64,000 bases of DNA, taken from NCBI RefSeq assembly GCF_006345805.1, contig NC_043003.1, positions 31,434,001-31,498,000 of the forward strand, in the 5' to 3' direction. This DNA comes from Octopus sinensis. Taxonomy: Eukaryota. Within the stretch, counting starts at the first letter, position 1; every line of letters starts with the position of its first letter. The notes beneath the pieces are model-generated. The model worked only from the letters and a program-made list of their open reading frames with translations, was not told where the DNA came from and did no database searches. The translations under genes and the position numbers were made by a program. This document shows, one piece after another, positions 52,839 to 64,000 of the stretch.

Positions 52839-54428
52839 GTAGTAGTAGTAGAAGTAGTAGTAGTAGTAGAAGTAGTAATAGTATTCATAAGTTATATTCA
52901 AGTATGCTGAAAACAAAGCACTCTAAGAATTAGACCAGAACATCCTATGAATGCAGATACTACAATATGTGTAAAACAAGATTTTGTCTTGATCATGAAG
53001 GCAGTATATTTTGGCCAATATGTAATATTGTTTAGTGCTATAATTGTATATAACTCTGTAAATTTTCGTGTATTGTGACATACCTTTTAAAATAAGAACA
53101 ATAACTATTCTGCTTCAGCGGTGCCAATTTTGCGAGAGTCAAAAGAAATATTTGCCTTGAAGTCACTGAATAAGATAACTTGAGAAAGGTATGGCTGATG
53201 AAATTTATTTCGGTGTCTTACTAATTCCTGTTCTATCGGCTTTGACGACATAATTGTTGGGGAAAACAGGGGTTTTAGTATTCGAAAGTAAAGATGTGGT
53301 TTAGTGTCCGTTGTCCCGCGCATCTCAGTATCTGATAGCTTACGCTATTGAATGAAAAGTAAGCATTACCTTATAAACAGGTCATATTATAGTATTAAAT
53401 TGTATAATTAATTCATAAACAAAAACACAGATTCCGTGTTATCCAACTCGTGCACAGATTTACTGTTTCATGTACTTCTATAATTAAATAAGCTCTATTT
53501 TCAATTATCCAACACAAAATAGCTTTCCTGAAAGTATCGAATTTTCTCTCGCCATTTGTTCAACATATCCCATTCATAAATAAAATGGGCCACAGATCTC
53601 TGTGTACTTTTAATTACTAGTATTGGCAAATCGCTACCGCTTTGGCCAAAATGTCTCTCCTGGTGTTTTATTCTCTGAGTTCTAATAACACCGAATATAT
53701 TATTGCCTTTTTCGGGTCGTTAAATGAGCTGTCAGAATTAGTTCTGGCATATTATATTCTAATATCAATTACCACCGAAGTCAAAATTGCCTTAGTAAAA
53801 AACCAGTTAAGTTCTTGGGTCGATACAATCGAATTTTCTTTATCTAAAGCTTCTGGCCTTGTTTAAGTGTTCGAGATCATTATTGATATTTTTGTTGATA
53901 ATATGAATTATGGATTGAAAAAATTCAATCGCATTGTAGCTTGTAGTTACTTTCATTTACGTCACATCAAATTTCAACAAATTTCGACATTTTACAGCAA
54001 TTTTCTGGATCAAGTAGTGGAGTAAATACTAGAACCAAGTCAATCGATTCTATGATCTTCGTAATTCTTTAATTGATGGAAAACTTCAAGTTTCTAGTGT
54101 TCTTACAAAGGTGTTCCAGATATCACAAATACATGATTCTTTCAGAAATTAGAGTAACTGGATTGCAATTGTTCAATTTGTAATTTAGTTTTCAGACAAC
54201 AAGATGAACCTTGAGGGAGATTTAGGCTCTATATCTGGCGGGCGGATGAACCTAGTTGGCTCATTTCTGCTCGTGCTGCTGTTATAGATTTCATTTGCCT
54301 GTTGACATTGTTCTTGTTTCTTCATTCAATATGAAAAAGATACTTAAGTACATGTAAGGTGATATATGCATACACACACAAACCTGTTCACAGGTGCACA
54401 TGAACATACAAACTTAAACACACAGATA

Positions 54429-54588
54429 CACATCTGCCCACACACCATTTACTGAAAGAGAACCACGTTCAGGATATACTCACATCGCATTGGTAAATAT
54501 AACCTGATGAATAAAATAAGGAAACAAGCGAAAACAAAACAAAAGATTACAAATCTAATCCATATACAGGAGTGTTTGTAGACACTCA
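54429..54588 (+). repeat. 160-bp element, copy 2 (inverted relative to copy 1)
   Basis: cacatctgcccacacacc...gagtgtttgtagacactca, set in a (CA)-rich context. Confidence 0.9.
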
Positions 54589-54676
54589 TGTACACACACA
54601 CATCACAAATAGACACGACCTACATACAGAGATAACAACACACGTACATTTGAATCTCATCTGCGTATGTGTATAT

Positions 54677-54734
<58 letters not shown>

Positions 54735-54790
54735 ATTTGTATATATATATATATATATACACGCATATATATATCTATACATACACATAC

Positions 54791-54864
<74 letters not shown>

Positions 54865-55390
54865 CATACGCATCACGTAGAGGAACAGACCCACACAGAC
54901 ATACAAGCCTAATATACGAATAACGGATACACTGTTAAGTCTGTTATTGATCGTTTCATTTCCATGTCTTATAACTACTTTGTCATGGTTAAAGAGAATC
55001 CGAGATCAAATTCACTATTTAACCATCGCTGCTTCCACTTACCACTTCCTCTAAACTTTACATAGTCTACAACTTTCATATAAGAACATCTATCTCAGAT
55101 TTCGCTTTGAGCTCATGACTAACTTCCTCTTCTTCTCTCGTTCCTGCATTTTAAGCATTAATTCTTCTGTGCATGTGCGTACGTACCGATGTTTGTATGT
55201 ATGTATGTATGTATGTATGTATGTATGTATGTATGTATGTATGTATGTATGTATGTATGTACGTGTGTATGTATGATTGTGTGTACAGACACATATGCAC
55301 ATAGGTGAGTATGAGTACATATAATCGTATACATGGATAAAAACGTATATACACGATGCATATATGTATATATATATGTATATGTATATG

Positions 55391-55451
<61 letters not shown>

Positions 55452-55574
55452 TATACATACATATATGTATGTATGTAAATATACATGTTCATATATGTAT
55501 CCCTTACTTTCTTACACTATCTCTCTCTCGATATATATATATATATACATATACATATAGATATACGTTACTGC

Positions 55575-55612
<38 letters not shown>

Positions 55613-55926
55613 TGTGTGTGTGTGTGAACATATATATATGCATTCGTAAAAACAGACACACATACACACGAACGCACACACAAACACAAACACACACACA
55701 CACATATATCAAATATATATCAAATATATATATAAACATACCATATGTGTATTTGCTGATTATATTTATAGTTGAAGAGCACCTGCTCTACTTCAATTAA
55801 ATATGGCTGGTAGCACGAGAAGATACAGTGGCAATATAATAGAATATCAACTTATGATTAGCAAAGCGGCACCAGAAGTTAAGTACGAAGCAAAGCAGTG
55901 TAATCCACAAATCATATATATAATAT

Positions 55927-55957
<31 letters not shown>

Positions 55958-56929
55958 GTATGTTTGTGTGTATATATATAACTAGTAATAGTATGACAAC
56001 AAAATAATGTAAATAGAGGAATTTATCTATAAATATGTGACAATATATATATATGTATATATCTGTGTATATATATGTGTGTGTGTGTGGGCGGGAGTAT
56101 GTTTGTGTGTGTATGTGCTTGTGTGTGTTTGTGTGTACATACACATACACACAATATAAATATTCGTATATACTTGTATTTATAGTTATATCTATATATA
56201 TCTATATCTATGTTTATCTTTCTATGTATGTATGTACGTATGAATGTATGTGTATATGTATGTATGTATGTATGTATCTATCTAACTATCTCTCTCTCTC
56301 TATATATATATATTTATATAGCGTTTATGTCAAATATGTAATTATACATCAATATAATATATCATGTATAATGTCATTAGATATATGCGTGTACTGTAGC
56401 TTTGTATCCATGAGCAGTAGTTTGATTATGTGGAATTCTTTATTAAATTTGGTACATTGTTTTTTCTTTCTCTTTCTCATCTCCATTAATAAGTTCTGCA
56501 CTTACTATTTTACTGAATTATTAAATTTTGCGAGCTGCATGCTTTTTGAATTTCATCGCTGTTATTATCACACAAAAGCACAAGTCACAAAAGTGATTTA
56601 TCTTAACCTTAGATGTACTCAGCTGTGTTATCTTTCATCCTTCAACACTGTGGGTACGACTCTGCAATTACGAATTGTCAAATGTTTGATGAGGTCGTGA
56701 ATGGCGACGAAAGGACACCTGTTTGATCGATTGATCTAATGTTTGACATCTTAATTGGTTAATTAACGAGTGTAGCTAATTAGTAATCAAACTGCTTCGT
56801 AACAGGCTGAAGGATATCAAAATGAAGAGCCGGATTGTTGCCCTGCAGAAAAGTTCCATCCTGTATTCTACAAGTATCCCAAGAGAGATCATTTCGATTT
56901 GAGGAGACGTTTTGTCACCAAACTACAAA

Positions 56930-57568
56930 TACAATTATCTTGCTAACTTACATAGCTCTTCCAAAATTCACTCGCCGCGACGAAAAATACTTCTCCGGTA
57001 CTGTTCTGACGTAGTCTACAAAATTCATATCTTTTCCCTCCAAATGATTTTGAAGACTGCGGAGTAAATGATAATAATCAGTTTGGGCAATGTCCGGCGA
57101 ATATGGTGGGTGGGGCAGCGTTTCCCATTCAAACTTCATCCTCGCTGTATGTGGCCGAGCATTATTCTGATGGAAGAATGCCTTTCGTTTTGAAAACAAA
57201 GATGGTCTTTTTTCTAGGATGTAGTTTCCAGCTCGGAAGTTCTGGAACCACCGTTGCCACTGGCTTACGCTTATTGTCCGGTCCCCATATATTGCATTAA
57301 AATTACTCGCACTCTCCGTTGCGTTGTTGCCTTTATTAAACTCATAAAGCAAAATATGCCGAATATGCTCCTTTGTCACTTCCATTATAACTTCGAAAAA
57401 ATAACAGTTAAAAATCGAACTTCACTCTTCCAAAGTTGCACTAAGAATAAAGATAAGGAAAATCACTACTTGCTTTTATAGCAAGTTGAAGCAGGTAAGT
57501 AATCCCGACTCCCTTCGAATACTAGTTTATGCAATCGAAAAAACCGCATTTTTTATGGGATGACCCGA
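56930..57568 (-). mobile_element. internally deleted mariner (mellifera/cecropia-like)
   Basis: 5' TIR TA|tcgggtcatcccataaaaaatgcgg (57544-57568). ORF 56948..57385 fuses the N-terminal HTH (HIRHILLYEFNKG..WFQNFRAG) in frame to the C-terminal piece (HQNNARPHTAR..LPHPPYSPDIA). The 3' TIR is not clearly recognisable. Confidence 0.88.
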
Positions 57569-57572
57569 TATG

Positions 57573-57799
57573 TAAGGTTGGCCAAAAGTCACCTGACAGT
57601 AAGTTAAAACCATTTAATTCCAAGACATATTTATGTTTAACAACTGAATGAAGTTGATAAAACCATCTAAATAAAAGGTGATTTTAACTAATAGCATTCA
57701 ATCATTAAACACTCATAGATGGAATGAATAAATAAAATTGAATATTAAGTATTTATGGAATTTTAATTTACTGTCGGGTGATTTTTGGCCAATCCTTTA
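57573..57799. mobile_element. mariner-type MITE, about 225 bp
   Basis: Left end taaggttggccaaaagtcacctgacagtaa versus reverse complement of right end taaaggattggccaaaaatcacccgacagtaa; AT-rich non-coding interior. Confidence 0.8.
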
Positions 57800-57905
57800 T
57801 ATTTAAAAATGTCATCCTCGCTGTATGTGCCCGAGCTTTATCCCGATGGAAGAACAGCGTTCGACTTGAAACACGAGAGATGGTCGTTTTTCTTCTACCG
57901 CTGAC
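57800..57905 (-). pseudogene. second mariner fragment, truncated at the MITE
   Basis: FFHRDKARAHTARMT; DNA cctcgctgtatgtgcccgagc matches 57140-57160. Confidence 0.75.
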
Positions 57906-57919
57906 TTTATATATATATA

Positions 57920-58108
57920 TAACGGGAAGGTTTACGAAAATAAACAAAAGACGAAGGCAGGTGGAGTACAAACAAACAATGTATTAGTATGGCGCTCAGG
58001 AATAGAAATAAAACGAGTCTTTTACGTTTCGAGCCTACGCTCTTCGACAGAAAGATACGCAGAAAAGAAACAAGGAGAGAAAAAAATTGCGTGTAGGGGC
58101 TCACGATC

Positions 58109-58113
<5 letters not shown>
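57920..58113 (-). mobile_element. about 195-bp PLE pLTR-like element between (TA)n tracts, carrying a hammerhead variant
   Basis: Unique block bounded by TA repeats; contains the 38-nt hammerhead at 58018-58055. Confidence 0.7.
58018..58055 (-). ncRNA. 38-nt minimal type I hammerhead with CUGUCGA core variant
   Basis: ucuuu-CUGUCGA-a-GAGC(guag)GCUC-GAAA-CG-U-A|aaaga; all stems perfectly paired, A6>U. Confidence 0.75.
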
Positions 58114-58176
<63 letters not shown>

Positions 58177-58183
58177 AAATATA

Positions 58184-58300
58184 AGGTTCTTTGAGTTTCT
58201 GTCTACCAGATCCACTCATGAGGCTTTGGCAAGGTGCCGTGCAGTAGGACTGAACGCAAAGCCATATAATCAGGGACAAGTTACTTAACCACACATCCAC
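58184..58300 (-). mobile_element. SINE family C 5' fragment
   Basis: Reverse complement of head and CORE-like part: gtctaccagatccactc..caaggtgccgtgcagtaggactgaac..cttaaccacac. Confidence 0.7.
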
Positions 58301-61069
58301 ATCTATGTCTATTATAAACTATTATATTATATCTGTACTATTGTATGGCAGCTTTTTTGTGAAGTTAGCACTTTTTGAAAAACAGCATATATACATAGGA
58401 ATATAGTGAGAAGTCTATTTCGTTGTCCAATAAAAGTCCCACTATCAACCCTCACTGTTATATACCAGTTGTAATTAACACACCTTTGCCTTTTCTACTG
58501 AATGATGCGACCGTATTCATCTCAAGGGATCGATAAACCAAAAGAATGTTTCACGTCTGAACATTCTTTAAAATATAGACATGTTTTCCTGTTTTAGTTA
58601 TAAACCGTAGATAACCTTGCTTGGTTAATTCACATAACAATGAAAATAATACTTTCATTCTATAGATAATATTTTCAGCCACAAAAAATAATTTTCTAGC
58701 TTTTGCAGATACGAGCTCTAACTCTAAACTATCAACACAACAGGCAGGTTGATTTCAATTGTAGATGTTATCTATTCCTCCCATATAATATGAACTAGGT
58801 TTTGAAGAAAATAATATAATCTTTATCTTGTTCCATGTTTCAATAAATCACCAGGTTACCCACAATCTGTGTTAAGCATAAAATCTTTTTATGTTCAGAG
58901 TTGCGTATTTTATCAATCACCTAGTTTTTATCGCTGTAATAGCAAGACTGTATACTAACCCAATTGGTATTCGTGTAACCAATTATGTAAAATTAAAATC
59001 CAGTTGGAAGTAACATGAAACCAGCAAACGTACACATACTCACGCATTCATGCAATCACAACTACTCACAAGCACACACACGTATATATTTCTATTAAGC
59101 GTCTACCAGGCACTCATATCCTTATCAGTCAGTAACTTGGATTTCATTTATGGAGAAAAAAATTTCCCCAAGTATAGTTTTCAATAGTAGAAATACTATA
59201 CTGTTGAATATACATTATCTTTTTAAACAGTTGATTGGCATTGTACATAGAACGTTTCTGTAGTTGTAAACTGAAGCTCTTAGTATTACGCTGTAATATG
59301 ACAATCTTGGTCGTCACTCGTAAGTGAGTATTATTTGCTAGCATGTACAATACATTCGCAAATTGCTTTAGGTGCTTGTATAGATGCGAACAGACATAGA
59401 AACCATTTCACGGTCTAATCATGTACAGACTCGCAGAAACACCCTGGATGCGATAACTGGATAGAGAAAAGGCCAGTCAAGCACTGAACTGAAATACATC
59501 AGTTGAATAGAGTGTAGAAACGTGAAATGAAATACCTTGTTCAAGGAGATGGTGCATCACAAGGTCCAGGAATCAAACCTGTGGTCATATGACCGTAGCT
59601 CCAACATTCTAGCCATTACCTTAAAGGGATATTGCGAGCAGGTAAAGGATTCTTGAAAAATTTGAGTGAGATAGAGAGGTAGAGCGAGAGAGGGAAAGAG
59701 AGGAAGAGAAAAGAGAGAGTGAGGTTATGAGACGTTTTGGCACATATATATTGGACCCGCTCTTTTGGAATTACTGATTCAATGTTGATATTAGATATCT
59801 TAATGTTTCTCTCGTGTCCCCTTACTTTATTTGTTTGAGTATATTTCTCTATATGTGCATAAGGAGAGGAAAAGTGCTTATGTCAATCGTTTCTCATCCT
59901 CTCTGCCTGTATGTGTATATATTTCTGCCCGTACGCGCGTGTCTTTGCCTGCAGTGACAAAATGTACTGTTTTCAAAACAGGTTCAATGTCAAGTTAGCC
60001 TTGTCAAATCGTCGGCACCCAAGCAACCGCGCCTACACATATTATTCCAAGTAGTTTACTGGAAAGCATCTATAGGGAAGAAGATGCGGTTGAAATATTA
60101 GCAATTTTAGAGAAATATATGCCGTTGTAAAAAGTAAAACGAAAGGCGACATATCAGATTACTACCTTGTCACTCTACTTGCAAGAAATAACAGCCGAAT
60201 AGCCTTCAAATCATATAACAATCTTTAAAAAATGGACGAACACCTGAGATATTATAATAATATATAACCCCAAAATATGGGATTGCCAACTAAAATACCG
60301 TTCAATAAAAGTGTTTGTGATATGGGCTTAGGTATGGCTAAATCATAACATAAACATCAATATTTGTCGGCATCACAGCTAATAAATAATAACGAATGGA
60401 GACAAGTTCATTTAAAATTCAAAGGTTATAGTCGATATATTCCGCTATTAAAAATATCACACTTTTAAGTATATTTTCTTAAGTCATTCAAGGACGTTAA
60501 TGAATCAGATTAGATTCAAGCTGAAATATGTATTAAAATAAATCAGATTCATTTCAAGAGGAAATATGTATTAATATAAAACAGGTTCGTTTCAAGGGAA
60601 AATATGTATTAAGATATCAAGTAATATTCTAAACTGTGTTTCATCACTGCCACTTTCTACATTATTTTCCTGAAAAGCTGCGTGTATCTTGCTTTTCTGC
60701 TCATTTTCTAAAATATAGAGAAAACATATTTTAAATTTAGATATGATTTTCTTTCTAAAGATAGGGGTTTGCATTAAATTCATCACATACACTCATAAGG
60801 ATATTTGAATGCAAATCATCAGCTTAGCGGATCACTCATTTACACAATGTATGCATGGTGTGCAACAGGAAAATGTCTGTTTAAGAATATTAATAATGGA
60901 GTTAATGCTACGGAGAATTAAGTATATTAAGAACATATTAATCTCTAGTGAAAGAATACAAGGCCAGGGCACATTATTTCATCGATTTATAATTGCAGTC
61001 ACATTCTTGAACAATATACTAAAAGCGTTACCAAATTCGTTTTGATGATATGCGTGAGCAAATACATTC

Positions 61070-61114
<45 letters not shown>

Positions 61115-61270
61115 ATATACGGTTTAAGTAATTGAGATTCAAGTAAATTCTAATGAATTCACATGAATATGGTCCTTAACTAGGATGCACCGGAAATCTA
61201 TATGGTGTTAACCATACGACAAGTGGGGTGATTACAAATAGGAAAAAAGCAACAAGAATGGATTAAAATA

Positions 61271-61354
61271 TCGGTACAATTGTTTCGTACGAGGACATCT
61301 TTAATAAGCTACAAAAAATGCAGTAAATATAGATGGCTCGTACTCGTCAGTCGA
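61271..61354 (-). ncRNA. type I hammerhead ribozyme, left-arm copy
   Basis: Same as the right-arm copy except stem I reads ucga/ccga (A-C mismatch next to the core). Confidence 0.8.
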
Positions 61355-61726
61355 AAAAACATCAGAGATTCCCAAACATCAAAAGGGGTAGATACAAATG
61401 AGGGTGTAAATTTAACTGCATTGAAGAAAGTTCGATTCCTGGAGATCCGATGAAAGGTCTTGAAGTTACAGAATTTGTGCATGTCCATATATAGTTCATA
61501 GTGAATTGTTAATCAAGTTATGTGAAGAAATTTTGGATACAGTCATGCGAAATTTCTGAGAATCCGAGTAAGAAGCAAAGTGACAGTCATATCGTGTAGA
61601 GGAACAGATTGTTATAGAAATTTACAAGAATCACAGATAAGTGAATCGAACTTTCTTCAATGCAGTTAAACTTAAACCCTCATTTGTATCTACCCCTTTT
61701 GATGTTTGGGAATCTCTGATGTTTTT

Positions 61727-61810
61727 TCGGCTGACGAGTACGAGCCATCTATATTTACTGCATTTTTTGTAGCTTATTAAAGATGTCCTCGTACGAAACA
61801 ATTGTACCGA
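61727..61810 (+). ncRNA. type I hammerhead ribozyme, canonical core
   Basis: ucgg-CUGACGA(61731-37)-GUACGAG...CUCGUAC-GAAA(61795-98)-CAAUUG-U-A|ccga; predicted cleavage after 61806; stem III palindrome ACAAUUGU. Confidence 0.9.
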
Positions 61811-62003
61811 TATTTTAATCTATTCTTGTTGCTTTTTTTCCTATATATATATATAATATATATATATGAAAGAATGTATATATATATATATATATATATA
61901 TGAAAGAATGGAGTTGAACGACGATTTTTCTGACGTGAATTTGCTACCCGGGTATCGGTTAACCGAATTATCCATACTAGGATAATTCATTCAACTACTT
62001 AAT

Positions 62004-62057
<54 letters not shown>

Positions 62058-62344
62058 CACACACATATATATATATGTTTGTGTGTTTGTGTATGTGTGT
62101 GTGTATTTGTGCGTAAGTAGTATGGGATTATTCCAAACGTTTACCGGTTCGTTATCATAATAGGTTATTCAACAGTTAATATATAAATCCAATAATACTA
62201 TACGATAAGAATTTAGCGATATATTACTTTAACCATATAGGTTTCCTGGATGATATAATATCAACAATAATAATAATAACGATTATTATGAAGTTGTATA
62301 ACATTACATTTTATTCTGTTTATATACATTGACAGTTTTACATA

Positions 62345-62428
62345 GACGTACATATGTTTCACCTGCACCTATTAGTAACCGTTGCAATTGCAACAATAGT
62401 TTAATACCGGTGCACTTTCATCAGGGTT
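62345..62428 (-). ncRNA. decayed type I hammerhead ribozyme
   Basis: CUGAUGA(62424-18)-aag-UGCACC...GGUGCA-ggu-GAAA-CAUAUG-U-A; core and palindromic stem III ACAUAUGU intact, stems I and II mismatched at the junction. Confidence 0.6.
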
Positions 62429-62441
62429 TTTACTTTATAAC

Positions 62442-63253
62442 CCTTCGATTTAACCGTTTAAAGATTTTCGTGTATCTACTCTGCGTTGTATGATGTAGAG
62501 ATTTTCGTTAAGTTAGATGCGAACTATCTTTAATTCAAGTCTTGACTGGATAATTACTTGTATGCCGTTATTTCAAAACATTCTATTGCTTAAATGTTAA
62601 ATATTTATAAATACTTGGCAAATGTAAATTGCCTCATGTGCAAGTATCTCAAGTCATTATACACATATATACATATACATACATACATCCATATATATAT
62701 GTGTGTGTGTGTATATATAAATGCAATGTATGTGCATAATGAATAAATAAATGAATATATATGTATATATACATATATACACACATATTTATATACACAC
62801 GCACACACATATATATATACATATAATATTATATATAATATATATATATATATATATATTATATATAATATATGTATTAATATATATGTGTGTGTGTGTG
62901 TATATAAATATGTGTGTATATATGTATATATACATATATATTCATTTATTTATTCATTATGCACATACATTGCATTTATATATACACACACACACATATA
63001 TATATGGATGTATGTATGATATTGTATAATGTGTATAATGACTTGAGATACTTGCACATGAGGCAATTACATTGCCAAGTATAGTATTTATAAATATTTA
63101 AATTTAAGCAATAGAATGTTTTGAATAACGGCATACAAGTAATTATCCAGTCAAGACTTGAATTAAGATAGTTCGCATCTAACTTAACGAAAATCTCTAC
63201 ATCATACAACGCAGAGTAGATACACGAAAATCTTTAAACGGTTAAATCGAAGG
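62442..63253. repeat. 812-bp near-perfect palindrome centred on (TA)n
   Basis: 62442-62847 is the reverse complement of 62848-63253; about 200 bp of unique sequence plus about 200 bp of mirrored microsatellite per arm; no unique spacer. Confidence 0.92.
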
Positions 63254-63399
63254 TTTCGAAAGAGCGACACAATGTCTGTCTCACTCGTGTGTCTTAAACA
63301 CATGTCTATAAAGAAATTTCATCCAGACAATTCCTCACTATCATACATTCTAACAATGCGTATATACTTTGGCATATATATATATATATTATATATATA

Positions 63400-63463
<64 letters not shown>

Positions 63464-64000
63464 GTGTATATAAATATGTGTGTATATATGTACATGTCTC
63501 CAACTACATACATATACACGAAACATGACAGAAGTAAATAGACAGTATTTTAATCATTAAAACTTCCTTACATTATAGATTCAATTCAATGAAATCATTG
63601 ATTCAAATTATTTATTAAACGTTATAATGTGAATATTTAATATTTAGTAGATATGTCCTTTGCATTTTTCATTGCAAGAATGTAGGTTTAGAGATGGGAA
63701 GGTAAAATTACGAATTCAGTGCATTTAATTCGACTTTTATTCGACAGCCTACTGTTCTAACCGGTCTGGAGATGTTGAAAATAAATTTATATTAAATGGA
63801 TCTTTAAAAGCGATACTGTCATTGACAGATAAAGTATAATGAGTGTGAAAGGAGTGGAATTCTTGGTATAATGACGATGGTGGTTAATTAGTCAATTAGT
63901 TAATGAAACTTCATTTACATTTTGGTGTCGAGACTCAGGTGCAGTTATTTAAGATTACCTTTGCTGTCGCTATAATGAGCTAAGGGAAGTTAATTAGAGC

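Larger units (their letters stand above)
61238..61844. mobile_element. PLE insertion with about 201-bp inverted pLTR arms flanking a 204-bp EN-like spacer
   Basis: 61238-61438 is the reverse complement of 61643-61844 with about 5 differences; the spacer and arm read ..EEQIVIEIYKNHR*VNRTFFNAVKLKPSF on +, weakly like the PLE end EAIEIxK..N..NR...L. Confidence 0.85.

Noticed and set aside
54500-54530. ctgatga...gaaac in the 160-bp element as a hammerhead or C/D snoRNA
   Set aside because: No stem II, and no properly placed D box or terminal stem.

Overview
AT-rich, repeat-dense eukaryotic DNA. The SINE heads, microsatellite load and element mix strongly suggest an octopod (Octopus) genome; this is inference, not a database match. 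I can support no intact host gene. Nearly all listed ORFs are microsatellite artefacts or transposon remnants, so the window reads as a large intron or intergenic desert, with a 100-N scaffold gap at 46727-46826. It contains at least three tRNA-derived SINE families (some modular, some stacked in TAA tracts), a full-length decayed irritans-type mariner nested in a Tc1 remnant, further Tc1/mariner fragments and MITEs, and a hAT MITE with an 8-bp TSD. It also holds three R4/Dong-type RLE LINE fragments (two stacked on one TAA microsatellite), an RTE 3' end with three C2H2-like fingers, and four Penelope-like (PLE) GIY-YIG remnants. The strongest signal outside the ORF track is a set of about nine type I hammerhead-ribozyme motifs, most with a palindromic stem III. 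They include a near-perfect inverted pair at 61238-61844 with canonical cores, an intact-looking minimal motif at 19913-19958, and a 38-nt CUGUCGA core variant at 58018-58055. Also notable are an 812-bp palindrome centred on (TA)n and a 160-bp unexplained element present twice in inverted orientation. All alignments and folds were done by eye.
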